50,125 nucleotides of DNA, taken from assembly GCF_004010195.1 (NCBI RefSeq), contig NC_057719.1, positions 57,915,908 to 57,966,032 on the forward strand, read 5' to 3'. The notes below the pieces were generated by a model. It saw nothing but the letters and a program-made list of their open reading frames with translations. It was not told where the DNA came from and ran no database searches. This document shows positions 24,858 through 34,969 of the stretch, one piece after another; position 1 is the first letter of the stretch; every line of letters starts with the position of its first letter. A program made the position numbers and the translations under genes. This DNA comes from Chiloscyllium plagiosum (taxonomy: Eukaryota).

Positions 24858-26644
24858 GCTGTCTCAAGAACAACTTGTGGTATTATCGGCACTGGTGGAA
24901 GATGAAAGATCTGACAAAAACATAATTCGTCACATTAAATCTGGAATTATACATCATGTTTGTTCTACAAGAGACCTTGATCATGAGGCATTCTGCCAAG
25001 TGTTTTGAGCTTATCTGCTCAGAACCTTCCCAAAGAGAATCCATCCCCTCTGTTTTTTGGGAAAATCTGAAGGGCACTCTTTGATTGGAGCATGGCTAAT
25101 TGCATATTTTATTTATTTAAAAAAGCTTTTTGTCCGCATTGATTGGTTAGGACTGCATCCTGCCAGCAAATATTTAATTCCATATAACTACGTGCACTAC
25201 CAGCAGCTACAACCATAGCATTATATTGAAATTTGAGCAGAAATTGCACTGTTCCCCAAACAGCGTGTATTTTAATTGTAGAGTATGCAGCATTTCAGCT
25301 CACTTTAAAATGTGGACAAGGCGAGACTGTAGATAGCAATTCACTAACATTGTAAGCATCAGAAAATAACAATTGGATTTAGCCAGGAGTAGAATTAAAT
25401 AAGTAGCATAGTAAAACTTTGAGAAACTTTCAACATTTAGTAACATTTTAAAATATATTTATGTGTGCTTTTAATGTTAAGCATGCTGGAACATGCTGAT
25501 TACTGTGTTGTCTTAAATTGACACACTTACTTCCTGGTGGAAACAGGGCTGTAACATGGCAATGACTATAAAATAAAATAATTATAAGAAATATGCAGCT
25601 AATCTCATTAGTTTTAATGAGTGTATTGAATTCATTGAACAGAGTTTTCAGTATGAAGGATAACTCCAGGAAGAAACTCAAAAACTATATGATATAGAGT
25701 AAATATACAGTTCCATAAATAATGATTTTAAAGAGCAAAATGCAGATATGAATCAAATAAAATTTAAGACAAAAAGCAAAAAACATGCAAACTAAAAGTA
25801 ATAAAGTTACATAATGTATAACATTTGTGGCAGGCTATAATTAATTTACCAGCTCACCTCATTATTGGCCTTGATCACTACTGCCTTCACTATTGTAGCC
25901 TTAAGCACTCAGTTGCCCCTCATTGTCCCTACATGAAATGATCAATTCTCTTGCTCTAGGCTCCAGGCTGTTAGAAATATAGTTTAGATCAGGACTTGAT
26001 GGCGGTGGTGGAGTCAAAAGATTGATTGACTGGATGAAGCTTGCTTTCAGTCACATGCTTTAATTGAAAGTGCAATTAATTCTAACAAAAACATTCTTTA
26101 GGTCAAGTCATATGAATGCTTTCAATATAAAGAGTTGTCTCAATGAATTCACTGCTTCCTAAAGTGTAGTGTTTCAATTTACTTAAACATGCACTTTAAA
26201 ATGGTCAGAAGGTTGCATACTTGCATCTTTCACATTCACTTTTAACAAAGGTAAAATACAGCACTCTCATGGGAACATAGTATTAAACATACCTTCCAGT
26301 GTTTAGATGGAATGTATTAATGTTGCACAGATTAGAAGCATCAAATAACATTTTTATTTGGTGGATGAGTGAAAAGATTGTTCAATTGGTATCAATCTGT
26401 GTTGGTGATCCACAGGCAAATTCATTCAATCTGAGCGACATGGAGAATGTTTACCTATCACTTATGCTGAGTTAGTTGGCAATTTTGGGCTATAAAAGTA
26501 GATCAGCAATCTACTTCTGATACATTCAACCTGAAGTATGATTGTCAGCTCAGGAAAATATTAGGTTCAACCCTGATGGTCCTCAGTTGAATAGTGACCC
26601 GACACTAAGGAATTGATTTTCAAACTAGGGTCAATATCTCTTTT

Positions 26645-27160
26645 AAATTCTCTAACAGGATGTGGGCATTGCTGGCTAGGCAGCATTTATTGCCCATCCC
26701 TAATTGCCCAGATGGCAGTTGAGAGTCAACCACATTGCCGTGGGTCTGGAGTCACATATAGGTCAGACCATGTAAGGGTTTGGAGATGCCGGTGTTGGAC
26801 TGGGGTGTACAAAGTTAAAATCACACAACACCAGGTTATAGTCCAACAAGTTTAATTGGAAGCACTAGCTTTCGGAGTGCTGTTCCTTCATCAGATAAGG
26901 GAGCATCGCTCTGAAAGCTAGTGCTTCCAATTAAACCTGTCAGGTAAGGATGGCAGTTTCCTTCCCTAAAGGTCGTGAGTGAATCAGATGTTTTTTTCCA
27001 ACAGTTGGCAATGGATTAATAGTAGCCATAAGGCTCTTATTTCCAGATATTTATTGAATTCAATTTCCACCATCTGCCATGGTGGAATTTGAACCCAGTC
27101 CCCAGAACATTACCTGGCTCTCTGGATTAACAGTCCAGTAATAATACCACTAGACCAGGG
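26645..27160 (-). mobile_element. Second-family tRNA SINE interrupted by a PLE mini-insertion
   Basis: Minus head tctagtggtattattactggactg...gggttcaaattcc; tail gggatgggcaataaatgctg...ccagcaatgcccacatcc. Confidence 0.8.
26776..26941 (-). mobile_element. PLE family 3 mini-insertion folded back at the hammerhead
   Basis: Minus ctgatgaaggaacagcactccgaaagctagtg (26863-26894), immediately followed by the inverted copy gggagcatcgctctgaaagctagtgcttccaattaaacctgt. Confidence 0.85.
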
Positions 27161-28681
27161 CCTGGATCATTTCTAAGTCATGACCCCGCACTGTCTTTGT
27201 GTAACTGACATAACCCTATTTTTAAATATAGATCCTAATGTGATGGAAACAAACTCAGCACCTATGTGTTTGTGGGAGAACACAGATGATCAGAGGATCA
27301 ACAATCTTGCGTCTTATGTGGACATGCGGCCAAACAATCAACGAGAAGGTAGTCAACCCATTCTGAGAGAATAACCCATTTTACAAACTTCTTTTTCTTC
27401 TTATTTATGCCTTCTGTCATTAATTTGGGTGCTGAGGTATGGCAACTTATAGAACTTATCAACTTTCTTTTTGTAAAAATACACGTGACAATAAATTGCT
27501 ATTCTATTTGTTCCCAATATTCCAAGCCTCACATTTTTAAGTGAATAGAAAAATTAGAAATATCTTGTCCTTTTGTAATATTTGATTTACTTAATAATAA
27601 TAAGACCCCCATATAAAAAGACATAGCAGCTGACATTATGCCATTTGGCCCATTGGGTCTGCTCCACCATTCATTCATGGCTGATAGGTTTCTCAACCTT
27701 ACTCTCCTGCTTTCTCCCTGTAATCTTTGATCGCCTTGACAATCAAGAACCTATCTATTTCTGCATAAAATATACTCAATGACCAGGACTCCACAGCCTT
27801 CTGTGACAACAAATTCCATAGATTCACCACTCTGTGATTGATGAAGTTTCTCCTTCTCTCCATTCCAAAGGGTCTTCCTTTTATTCTAAGGCTGTGCCCT
27901 TGGGTATTAGTCTCTCCTGCTAATGGAAACATATTCCCAACGTTCACTATATCTGTATTCTGCAAGTTTCAATTAGATCCCCCATCATCCTTCTCAACTC
28001 GAGTATAGACTCAGAGTCCTCAAACATTCCTCATATGTTAAGCTTTTCCTTCCTGGGATCAGTCTAGACCTGCTCCAGGGCCAGTACATCCTTCCTGATG
28101 TATGGGGCCCATAATTGCTCCATATTCTAAATATTCTATTTATAATATTCTAAATCTGGTCTGACCAGAGTCTTATGAAGCCTCAGAAGTACATCCTTGC
28201 TTTTATATTCCAGCCGTCTCAAAATAAATGCCAAAATTGTATTTGCCTTCTAAACTACCAACTCACCTTAAGAGTATCCTGGACTAGAACTCACAAGTCC
28301 CTTTGCATTTCAGATTTCTGAATTTTCTCTGCATTTCGAGAATAATCAATGCCTCTATTCTTCCTACCAAAGCGCAAGACCTTACATTTTCCCACATTAT
28401 ATTCCATTGCCACTTCTTTGCCCACTCTCCTAATCTGTCCAAGTCCTTCTGTGGCCTCCCCATCTCCTCAATACTACCTGTCTCTCCATGTAGCTTTGTA
28501 TCATCTGAAAACGTAGTCAGAATGTCCTCAGTTTCTTCATCCAGATCATTAATGTATTAAGTAAAAAGTTGTGACCCCAACACTGACCCTTATGGAACAC
28601 AACAGCCACCAGCTGCTATCCTGAGAAAGATCTTTTTATCCCCACTCTCTGCTTTCTGCCAGTCAGCCAATCTTTTATCCA

Positions 28682-28902
28682 GGTAAAAACAATGACTGCA
28701 GATGCTGGAAACCAGATTCTGGATTAGTGGTGCTGGAAGAGCACAGCAATTCAGGCAGCATCCGAGGACAGGCAAAATCCGATGCTGCCTGAATTGCTGT
28801 GCTCTTCCAGCACCACTAATCCAGGATTTTGCCTGTCCTCGGATTTTGCCTGTCCTCGGATGCTGCCTGAATTGCTGTGCTCTTCCAGCACCACTAATCC
28901 AG
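28682..28902. mobile_element. Young, multiply inverted PLE mini-insertion with 13-bp TSD
   Basis: TSD aatcttttatcca at 28669-28681 and 28903-28915; internal segments are perfect inverted or tandem copies of one ~98-nt terminus. Confidence 0.9.
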
Positions 28903-29131
28903 AATCTTTTATCCATGCTAGCACCTTGCCTCTAACACCATGGGCTTCTATCTTACTCAGCAGCCTCCTGTGCGGCATCTTGTCAAAGACCTTTTGTAAG
29001 TCCAAGTTGATAACATCCATTGGCTCTCCTTAGTCTAACCTGCTCGTTACTTTCTCAAAGAATTCGAGCAAATTTGTCAGGCATGACCTCCCCTTGATGA
29101 AACCATGCTGACTTTGCCCTATTTTACCATA

Positions 29132-29556
29132 GCTGAAAATGTGTTGCTGGAAAAGCGCAGCAGGTCAGGCAGCATCCAGGGAACAGGAGACAGGCTGGGG
29201 GGAGGGGAAATGAGGAAACTTGTGAAATCCGAGTTCATCCCTTGTGGGTTCCTAGGCGGAAGATGAGGCGTTCTTCCTCCAACCGTTGTTTTGTTGTGGT
29301 CTGACGATGGAGGATTCCAAAGACCTGCATATCCTTGGTGGAGTGGGAGGGGGGATTGAAATGTTGGGCTACAGGGTGGTTGGGTTGGTTGGTCCGGGTG
29401 TCCCAGAGGTGTTCTCTGAAACGCTCCGCAAGTAGGCGGCCTGTCTCCCCAATATAGAGGAGGCTACATCGGGTGCAGAGGATGCAATAGATGATGTGTG
29501 TGGAGGTGCAGGCGAATCTGTGGCGGATATGGAAGTTTCTCCTTCCTCAGCATCCT
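29132..29556 (-). mobile_element. Penelope-like element fragment (GIY-YIG) with 14-bp TSD
   Basis: Minus strand IIYCILCTRCSLLYIGETGRLLAERFREHLW; TSD cctattttaccata at 29118-29131 and 29557-29570; hammerhead segment deleted. Confidence 0.9.
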
Positions 29557-30055
29557 CCTATTTTACCATACACTTGCAAGTATTCAGAAATCTCATCCTT
29601 CACAATGAATACAAACTCTTACCATTGGCCGAGGTCAGGCTAATCAGCCTGTAACTCCCCATCTTTTGCCTTACTCCCTTTTTAAACAGAGGGGTTACAT
29701 TAGTGATTTTCCAGTCTCTGAGGCCTTCCCTGACTCCAGTGGTTCCTGAAAGATCACCACTAATGCCTCCACTATCAATGTGGCTGTTTAATATTGCATT
29801 GTCAATGACGTGCTATGAGGTTTGGAACCATAATAATTGGGACACCTACAGCCCTCAATATTCTTGTAAGAGTTTCTAAGGAATTACAAGAGAATTGTGA
29901 TAAAATAATCTTGATCCAAAGAAATAAACAGGAAATATTTTTAAAATGACCAACACAAACAGGTCTTCTAATATTTCAAACCAAACATTTACCTGCTGGG
30001 TAACGTAGACCTTGTTGACCAGTGGAATATTATCTTATTAGTCAATCTTTGATAG

Positions 30056-31027
30056 AAGTCGAAAAGTGTGGTGCTGGAAAAGCACAGTCAGTCAGGCAGT
30101 ATCCAAGGAGCTGGAGAGTCGACATTTCGGGCATAAACTCTTCATCAGAAATTAGGGCAGGGGGCCCAAAGAGGCTGAGAGATAAATGGGAGGAGGTAGG
30201 GCTGGGAATGCAATAGGCAGATGAAGTCAGGGGTTGAAGGTGATAGGTGGGAGAGGAGGATGGAGCGGATAGGTGGGAAGGGAAATAGACAGGCAGGACA
30301 GTTCAAGAGGGTGGTGCTGAGTTATAGTTATAGGATCTGGGATAAGGTGGGGCAGGGGAAATGAAGAAACCGGTGAAATCAACATTGATCCTGTGTGGTT
30401 GGAGGGTCTCGATGTGGTCTCCTGTACATTGGGGAGACAGGACATCTCTGGGACACATGCACCAAACAACGCCGTCACCCTGTGGCCAAACACTTCAACT
30501 CACCCCCCAACTCTGCCAGGAGATGCAAGTCCTTGGCCTCTTCCATCGCCAAATTCTAGCCACCTGACTCTTGGAGGAAGAACGCGTCTTCTTCCGATTT
30601 GGGACCCTCCAACCATACAGAATGAATGTTGATTTCACCAGTTTCCTCATTTCCCCTGCCCCTACATTATCCCAGATCCAACCCTCGAATTCGGCACCAC
30701 CCTTCTGAACTGTCCTACCTATCCATCTCCCTTCCCACCTATCTGTTTCACCCTGCTCTCCGACCTATCACCTTCACCCCTAACTTTATCTACCTATTGC
30801 ATTCCCAGCTACCTCCCCGCAGCCCCGACCCCCCTCTCATTTATCTCTCAGTCCACTTCCCTCCTCCCCATCCTCACACCCCCCAATCACCTCCCCCATT
30901 TTTGATGAAGGGCTTATGCTCGAAATGTTGACTCTCCTGCTCCTTGGATGCTGCCTGATCAGCTATGCTTTTCCAGCACCACACTTTTCAACTCTGATCT
31001 CCAGCATCTGCAGTCCTCACTTTCTCC
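30056..31027 (+). mobile_element. Penelope-like element 3' end with long inverted terminal copy
   Basis: 30056-30410 is an inverted copy of about 30620-30990. Plus strand cgatgtggtctcctgtacattggggagacagga (RCGLLYIGETG). Hammerhead-like motifs at about 30118-30148(-) and 30902-30932(+). Confidence 0.88.
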
Positions 31028-31339
31028 AAATCTTGATATAATCTTGCTTAAAAACAGTAATTTAAATACCATGTAATAAACAGAGCTGTATCTTTTAAGG
31101 TGCAGTAAGTTTCTCTTCAGCTTGTTTGTTTTTATACAGCAACAAATACAAAATCTATTGGTTTCCACTGCCTTGTCTGTAGGAAGCTGTAATAAATAAC
31201 TGTTTTGGATGGTGCTGATTCTTCTTCCTATTGAAGAGTACACCTTGACTATTAACAAATGCAACAAAAGCAGCTTTTGTCTTCTGATCCAATCACAGCT
31301 ATCACAACTGCTACATCAAGACTACGTTTGTTGATCCAC

Positions 31340-31830
31340 AAGTATACTTCCTAGCCTACTCCTACTTTTTTTATATCCTCTCAGTAATATCATTTGTAAA
31401 TCAGTCAGTTCCAGACAAAATGTCACACCAGTGCTTGTCAACTCCAACTTACTTCACTTTCTACTGTCCTTAAACTGTCAGGCCACTTCTTCAAGATCCA
31501 GCACAGGATTAGCATAAATTTCCTCCAATTAAGTATGGGAAAACCAAAATCATTGTGTTCAGACTCCACCACGAATGCTATTCCTTAGTCACAAACTCCA
31601 TCCCTCTCCCTAAGAACTGTTTGAGGCTAAACCAGACTTTTGCTCAGACCTAATGATTTATTTGATCCCCAGACGGTGCATAACCACACCATCATTGAGG
31701 CTGTACATTTCTGCTTTCCAGCCTTATTTTACTCTTGTCTCATCTATACCATTTTTATCTCTCGACTGGACTACCTAAATATGTAATAGCTTTATCCCCT
31801 GTAAATAATCAAAACCTCTTCGTATTCCAA
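31340..31830 (+). mobile_element. Degraded L2-like LINE fragment
   Basis: aatttcctccaattaagtatgggaaaaccaaaatcattgtgttc (NFLQL...KT..IVF-like); tctcgactggactac (SRLDY). Confidence 0.55.
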
Positions 31831-31933
31831 ACTGCACTAAATAGGAACAAAAAAAACAGGAGTAGATCTTGAGGCCCATCAAGCCCACGCTGGCAGTCTA
31901 GATCAACTACCACATGATCTTCTACCACAACAT

Positions 31934-32250
31934 GGGCGGCACGGTGGCACAGTGGTTAGCACTGCTGCCTCACAGCGCCAGAGACCCGGGTTCAATTCCC
32001 GCCTCAGGCGACTGACTGTGTGGAGTTTGCACGTTCTCCCCGTGTCTGCGTGGGTTTCCTCCGGGTGCTCTGGTTTCCTCCCACAGTCCAAAGATGTGCA
32101 GGTCAGGTGAATTGGCCATGCTAAATTGCCCGTAGTGTTAGGTAAGGGGTAAATGTAGGGGCATGGGTGGGTTGCGCTTCAGCGGGATGGTGTGGACTTG
32201 TTGGGCCGAAGGGCCTGTTTCCTCACTGTAAGTAATCTAATCTAATCTAA
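31934..32250 (+). mobile_element. HE1-type SINE, young copy inserted in a CR1 tail
   Basis: Full head, body and (TAATC)n tail; short TSD aacat on both sides; flanks 31840-31933 and 32251-32335 are a minus-strand CR1 tail. Confidence 0.97.
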
Positions 32251-32525
32251 CATCATTTTCTTGTGGCATCTGTACCCTTATGTCACTAGCATCTAGAAAT
32301 CTATTGATCTGGGTCTTGAACATACTCAATGATAGGGCACAAAATAATGTATTTTTTCAAAGGCTATTCTTGAGAGGTTTGGGAAGGACACTTACTGATT
32401 TTCAGAGCCTACTTTTTGGGTTTTCAGAAGCTTCCCTCTTTCACTGTCACTAAATCATTTATTCGGTGGTGCAGCCAAACAGTAACATTACCTTCTGTAT
32501 TTGAGTTGATGTATGGATATTTAAA

Positions 32526-32686
32526 GGAGAAAGTGAGGTCTGCAGATGCTGGAGATCAGAGCTGAAAATGTGTTGCTGGAACAGCGCAGCAGGTCAGGCA
32601 GCATCCAGGGAACAGGAGAATCGACGTTTCGGGCATAAGCCCTTCTTCAGGGCTTATGCCCGAAATGTCGATTCTCCTGTTCCTCA
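32526..32686 (-). mobile_element. PLE family 1 mini-insertion folded back at the hammerhead, 15-bp TSD
   Basis: Near-perfect palindrome ggaacaggagaatcgacgtttcgggcataagccct-tcttc-agggcttatgcccgaaatgtcgattctcctgttcc; TSD gtatggatatttaaa (32511-32525) / gtatcgatatttaaa (32687-32701). Confidence 0.9.
32619..32650 (-). ncRNA. Minimal hammerhead ribozyme core (PLE family 1)
   Basis: CUGAAGA-a-GGGC uuau GCCC-GAAA-c-GUC-gauu; ACGU palindrome and GUC triplet intact, native 5' stem I strand lost at the inversion. Confidence 0.75.
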
Positions 32687-33189
32687 GTATCGATATTTAA
32701 ACTCATACAGAAACAGAATGTTAATTCTAATCTCTGTAATCTCTCCAAACTTCAATTTTTTTGAAATATCTGCACTCCTCTAAAACTGCCTTTTGTGTAT
32801 TCCCATTTTTATTTGATCCTTCATTGGTAGCTACATGTTCAACTGACAAGGATCTAAGCTTGAATATTGAACTATCACTGCATTTATACCTCTCTATTTT
32901 ACTTTCCTCCTTTAAGGCAGTCCTTAAAAATAGAACTCTTTGACCCACTTTTTGTCCTTTACCCTCATACCTTTTCATGTGCTTGTCTGAAATACCTTGG
33001 GATATCTTATCTTAAAGTCACTACATAAACACAAATCATAACTTTTCTTGTTGAAAAATACCCCTGTTCATTTAAAACAAATAATGTGCTTTTTTTTAAA
33101 TAAAAATTGGTTGAGGGTGATGAAGATGTAGGTGAAGAGAAGGCAAGTGGCAACCTGGCCATACAGCTTTGTTGACTGGCTACTTTATT

Positions 33190-34395
33190 ATATAGAGTCA
33201 TAGTTTCATGGAGATGTACAACATGGAAACAGACCCTTTGGTTCAACTTGTCCATGCTGACCGGATATCCTAAATTAATTTAGTCCCATTTGCCAGCACT
33301 TGGACAATCTCTCTCTAAACCCTTCCTATTCATATACTCACCTTTTCATAGATCCCTACTTGTGGAAACAGGCCCTTCAGCCCTACAAGTCCACACCGAC
33401 CCTCCGAAGAGTATCCAACCCAAACCCACTCCCCATTACTCTACCTTTACCCCTGACCTACACATCCCTGAACACTATGGGAAATTTAGCATGGCCAATT
33501 CACCTAACCTGCACATCTTTAGACTGTGGGAGGAAACCAAAGCACATGGAGGAAACCCACGCAGACAGAGGGAGAAGGTGCAAACTCCACACAGACAGTC
33601 ATCTGAGGCTTCACAGTCCCTGGCACTGTAAAGCTGTAGTGCTAACCACTGAGCCATCGTGCCACCCTGAAATGTTGTAATTGTACCAGCCTCCACCACT
33701 TTCTCTGGCAGCTCATTCCATACATGCCCCACCCTCTGCATTAAAAAGTTGCCCCTTACGTTCCTTTTAAACCTTTCCCCTCTCACCCTAAACCTATGAC
33801 CTCTAATTCTGGACTCTCCCACCCCAGGGAAAAGACTTGGTCTATTTACCCTATCCATGCCCCTCATGATTTTATAAACCTCTAAGGTCACCCCTCAGCC
33901 TCCAATGCTCCAAGGAAAACAGCTTGAGCCCTTTCAGCCTCTTCCTATAGCTCAAACTCTCCAGCCTTGGCAACATCCTTGTAAGTCTTTTCTGTTTCAC
34001 CTTTCAAGTTTCACAACATCCTTCTGATAGGAAGGAGACCAAAATTGCACACAATATTCCAGAAGTAGCCTAACCAATGTCCTGTACAGCCGTAACATCA
34101 CCTTCCAACTCCTGTACTCAATACTCCGACCAATAAAGGAAAGCATACCAAATGCCTTCTTCACTATCCAATCCACCTGCGACTCTATTTTCAAGGAACT
34201 ATGAACCTGTCCTCCAAAGTCTCTTTGTTCAGCAACACACCCCAGGATCTTACCATTAAGTGTAAAAGTCCTTCCCTGATTTGCCTTTCCAAAATGCAGC
34301 ACATCACATTTATCTAAATTAAACTCCATCCTTGGCCCATTGATCCATCTGATTAAGATCTTGTTGGTAACCTTGTTCTCTGTCCACTATACCTC
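33190..34395 (-). mobile_element. CR1 LINE 3' portion with nested HE1 SINE
   Basis: ORFs MEFNLDKCDVLHFGKAN...LYRTLVRLLLEYCVQFWSP and RGNFLMQRVGHVWNELPE. Confidence 0.92.
33345..33667 (-). mobile_element. HE1-type SINE
   Basis: Reverse complement of the SINE body, from gtggaaacaggccc to ctaaccactgagccatcgtgccaccc. Confidence 0.92.
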
Positions 34396-34969
34396 AGTGC
34401 CAGTTCCCCGTACTATCTCATATACATTTCAGGAATTCGTCCTCCACAGCACAAGCTCTGACATAGTTAAGCTAATCTAAATGCAAGTTGAAGTCAGCCA
34501 TTACGACTGAATTACCTACATTACATCCATCTCTAATGTCTTATTTATAGTGTGATCAACATTTCAGTTTGGCAGTCTTTAAAAAAACTCACACCATTGC
34601 TTGCTTCCTCTTACTATTTCTTAGCTTCACTGAAATCAATTCTATATCTTAAACCATTCATCTAAGATCATCTCATTCCTTGCCCAAGTGCTACCCCCTC
34701 CTCATTTTCCTTTTTCACTATCTCTCCTCATGGTAGAATATTCATGGATATCCAGTTTCCAAACTTGGTTTCCTTGTGGCAATCTCTGTAATAGCAAGTA
34801 AATCATACTCATTCATGCCAATTTCTGTACTTAAATCATGAGCCTTTTTGTGAATGCTATGTGCGTTCAGATAGATTTATTGCTCTGAATCTCCAATTCT
34901 GAACAGAACAATTTTTAATACTGAGATGAATTCTTTGCTAGTTGCCCAGAGCTAGTTCAAGACCACTCA

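Larger units (their letters stand above)
27612..29778 (-). mobile_element. CR1 LINE (RT domain to 3' end) with two nested PLE insertions
   Basis: ORFs DVINLDLQKVFDKMPHRRLLSKI and RRNFINHRVVNLWNLL; CR1 tail at about 27612. Confidence 0.9.

Noticed and set aside
26370..26610. Ancient Deu-domain SINE remnant (also about 6880-7030 and 8580-8810)
   Set aside because: Resemblance (tgctgagttag...) is too eroded to call without alignment.
28700..28905. CRISPR-like repeat array
   Set aside because: The repeats are inverted or tandem pieces of one PLE terminus with no unique spacers, in a eukaryotic context with no cas genes.
29985..30055. Possible minus-strand exon ending CAG|gtaaat
   Set aside because: Good donor, but no convincing polypyrimidine/acceptor and no SLC25A21-like peptide.
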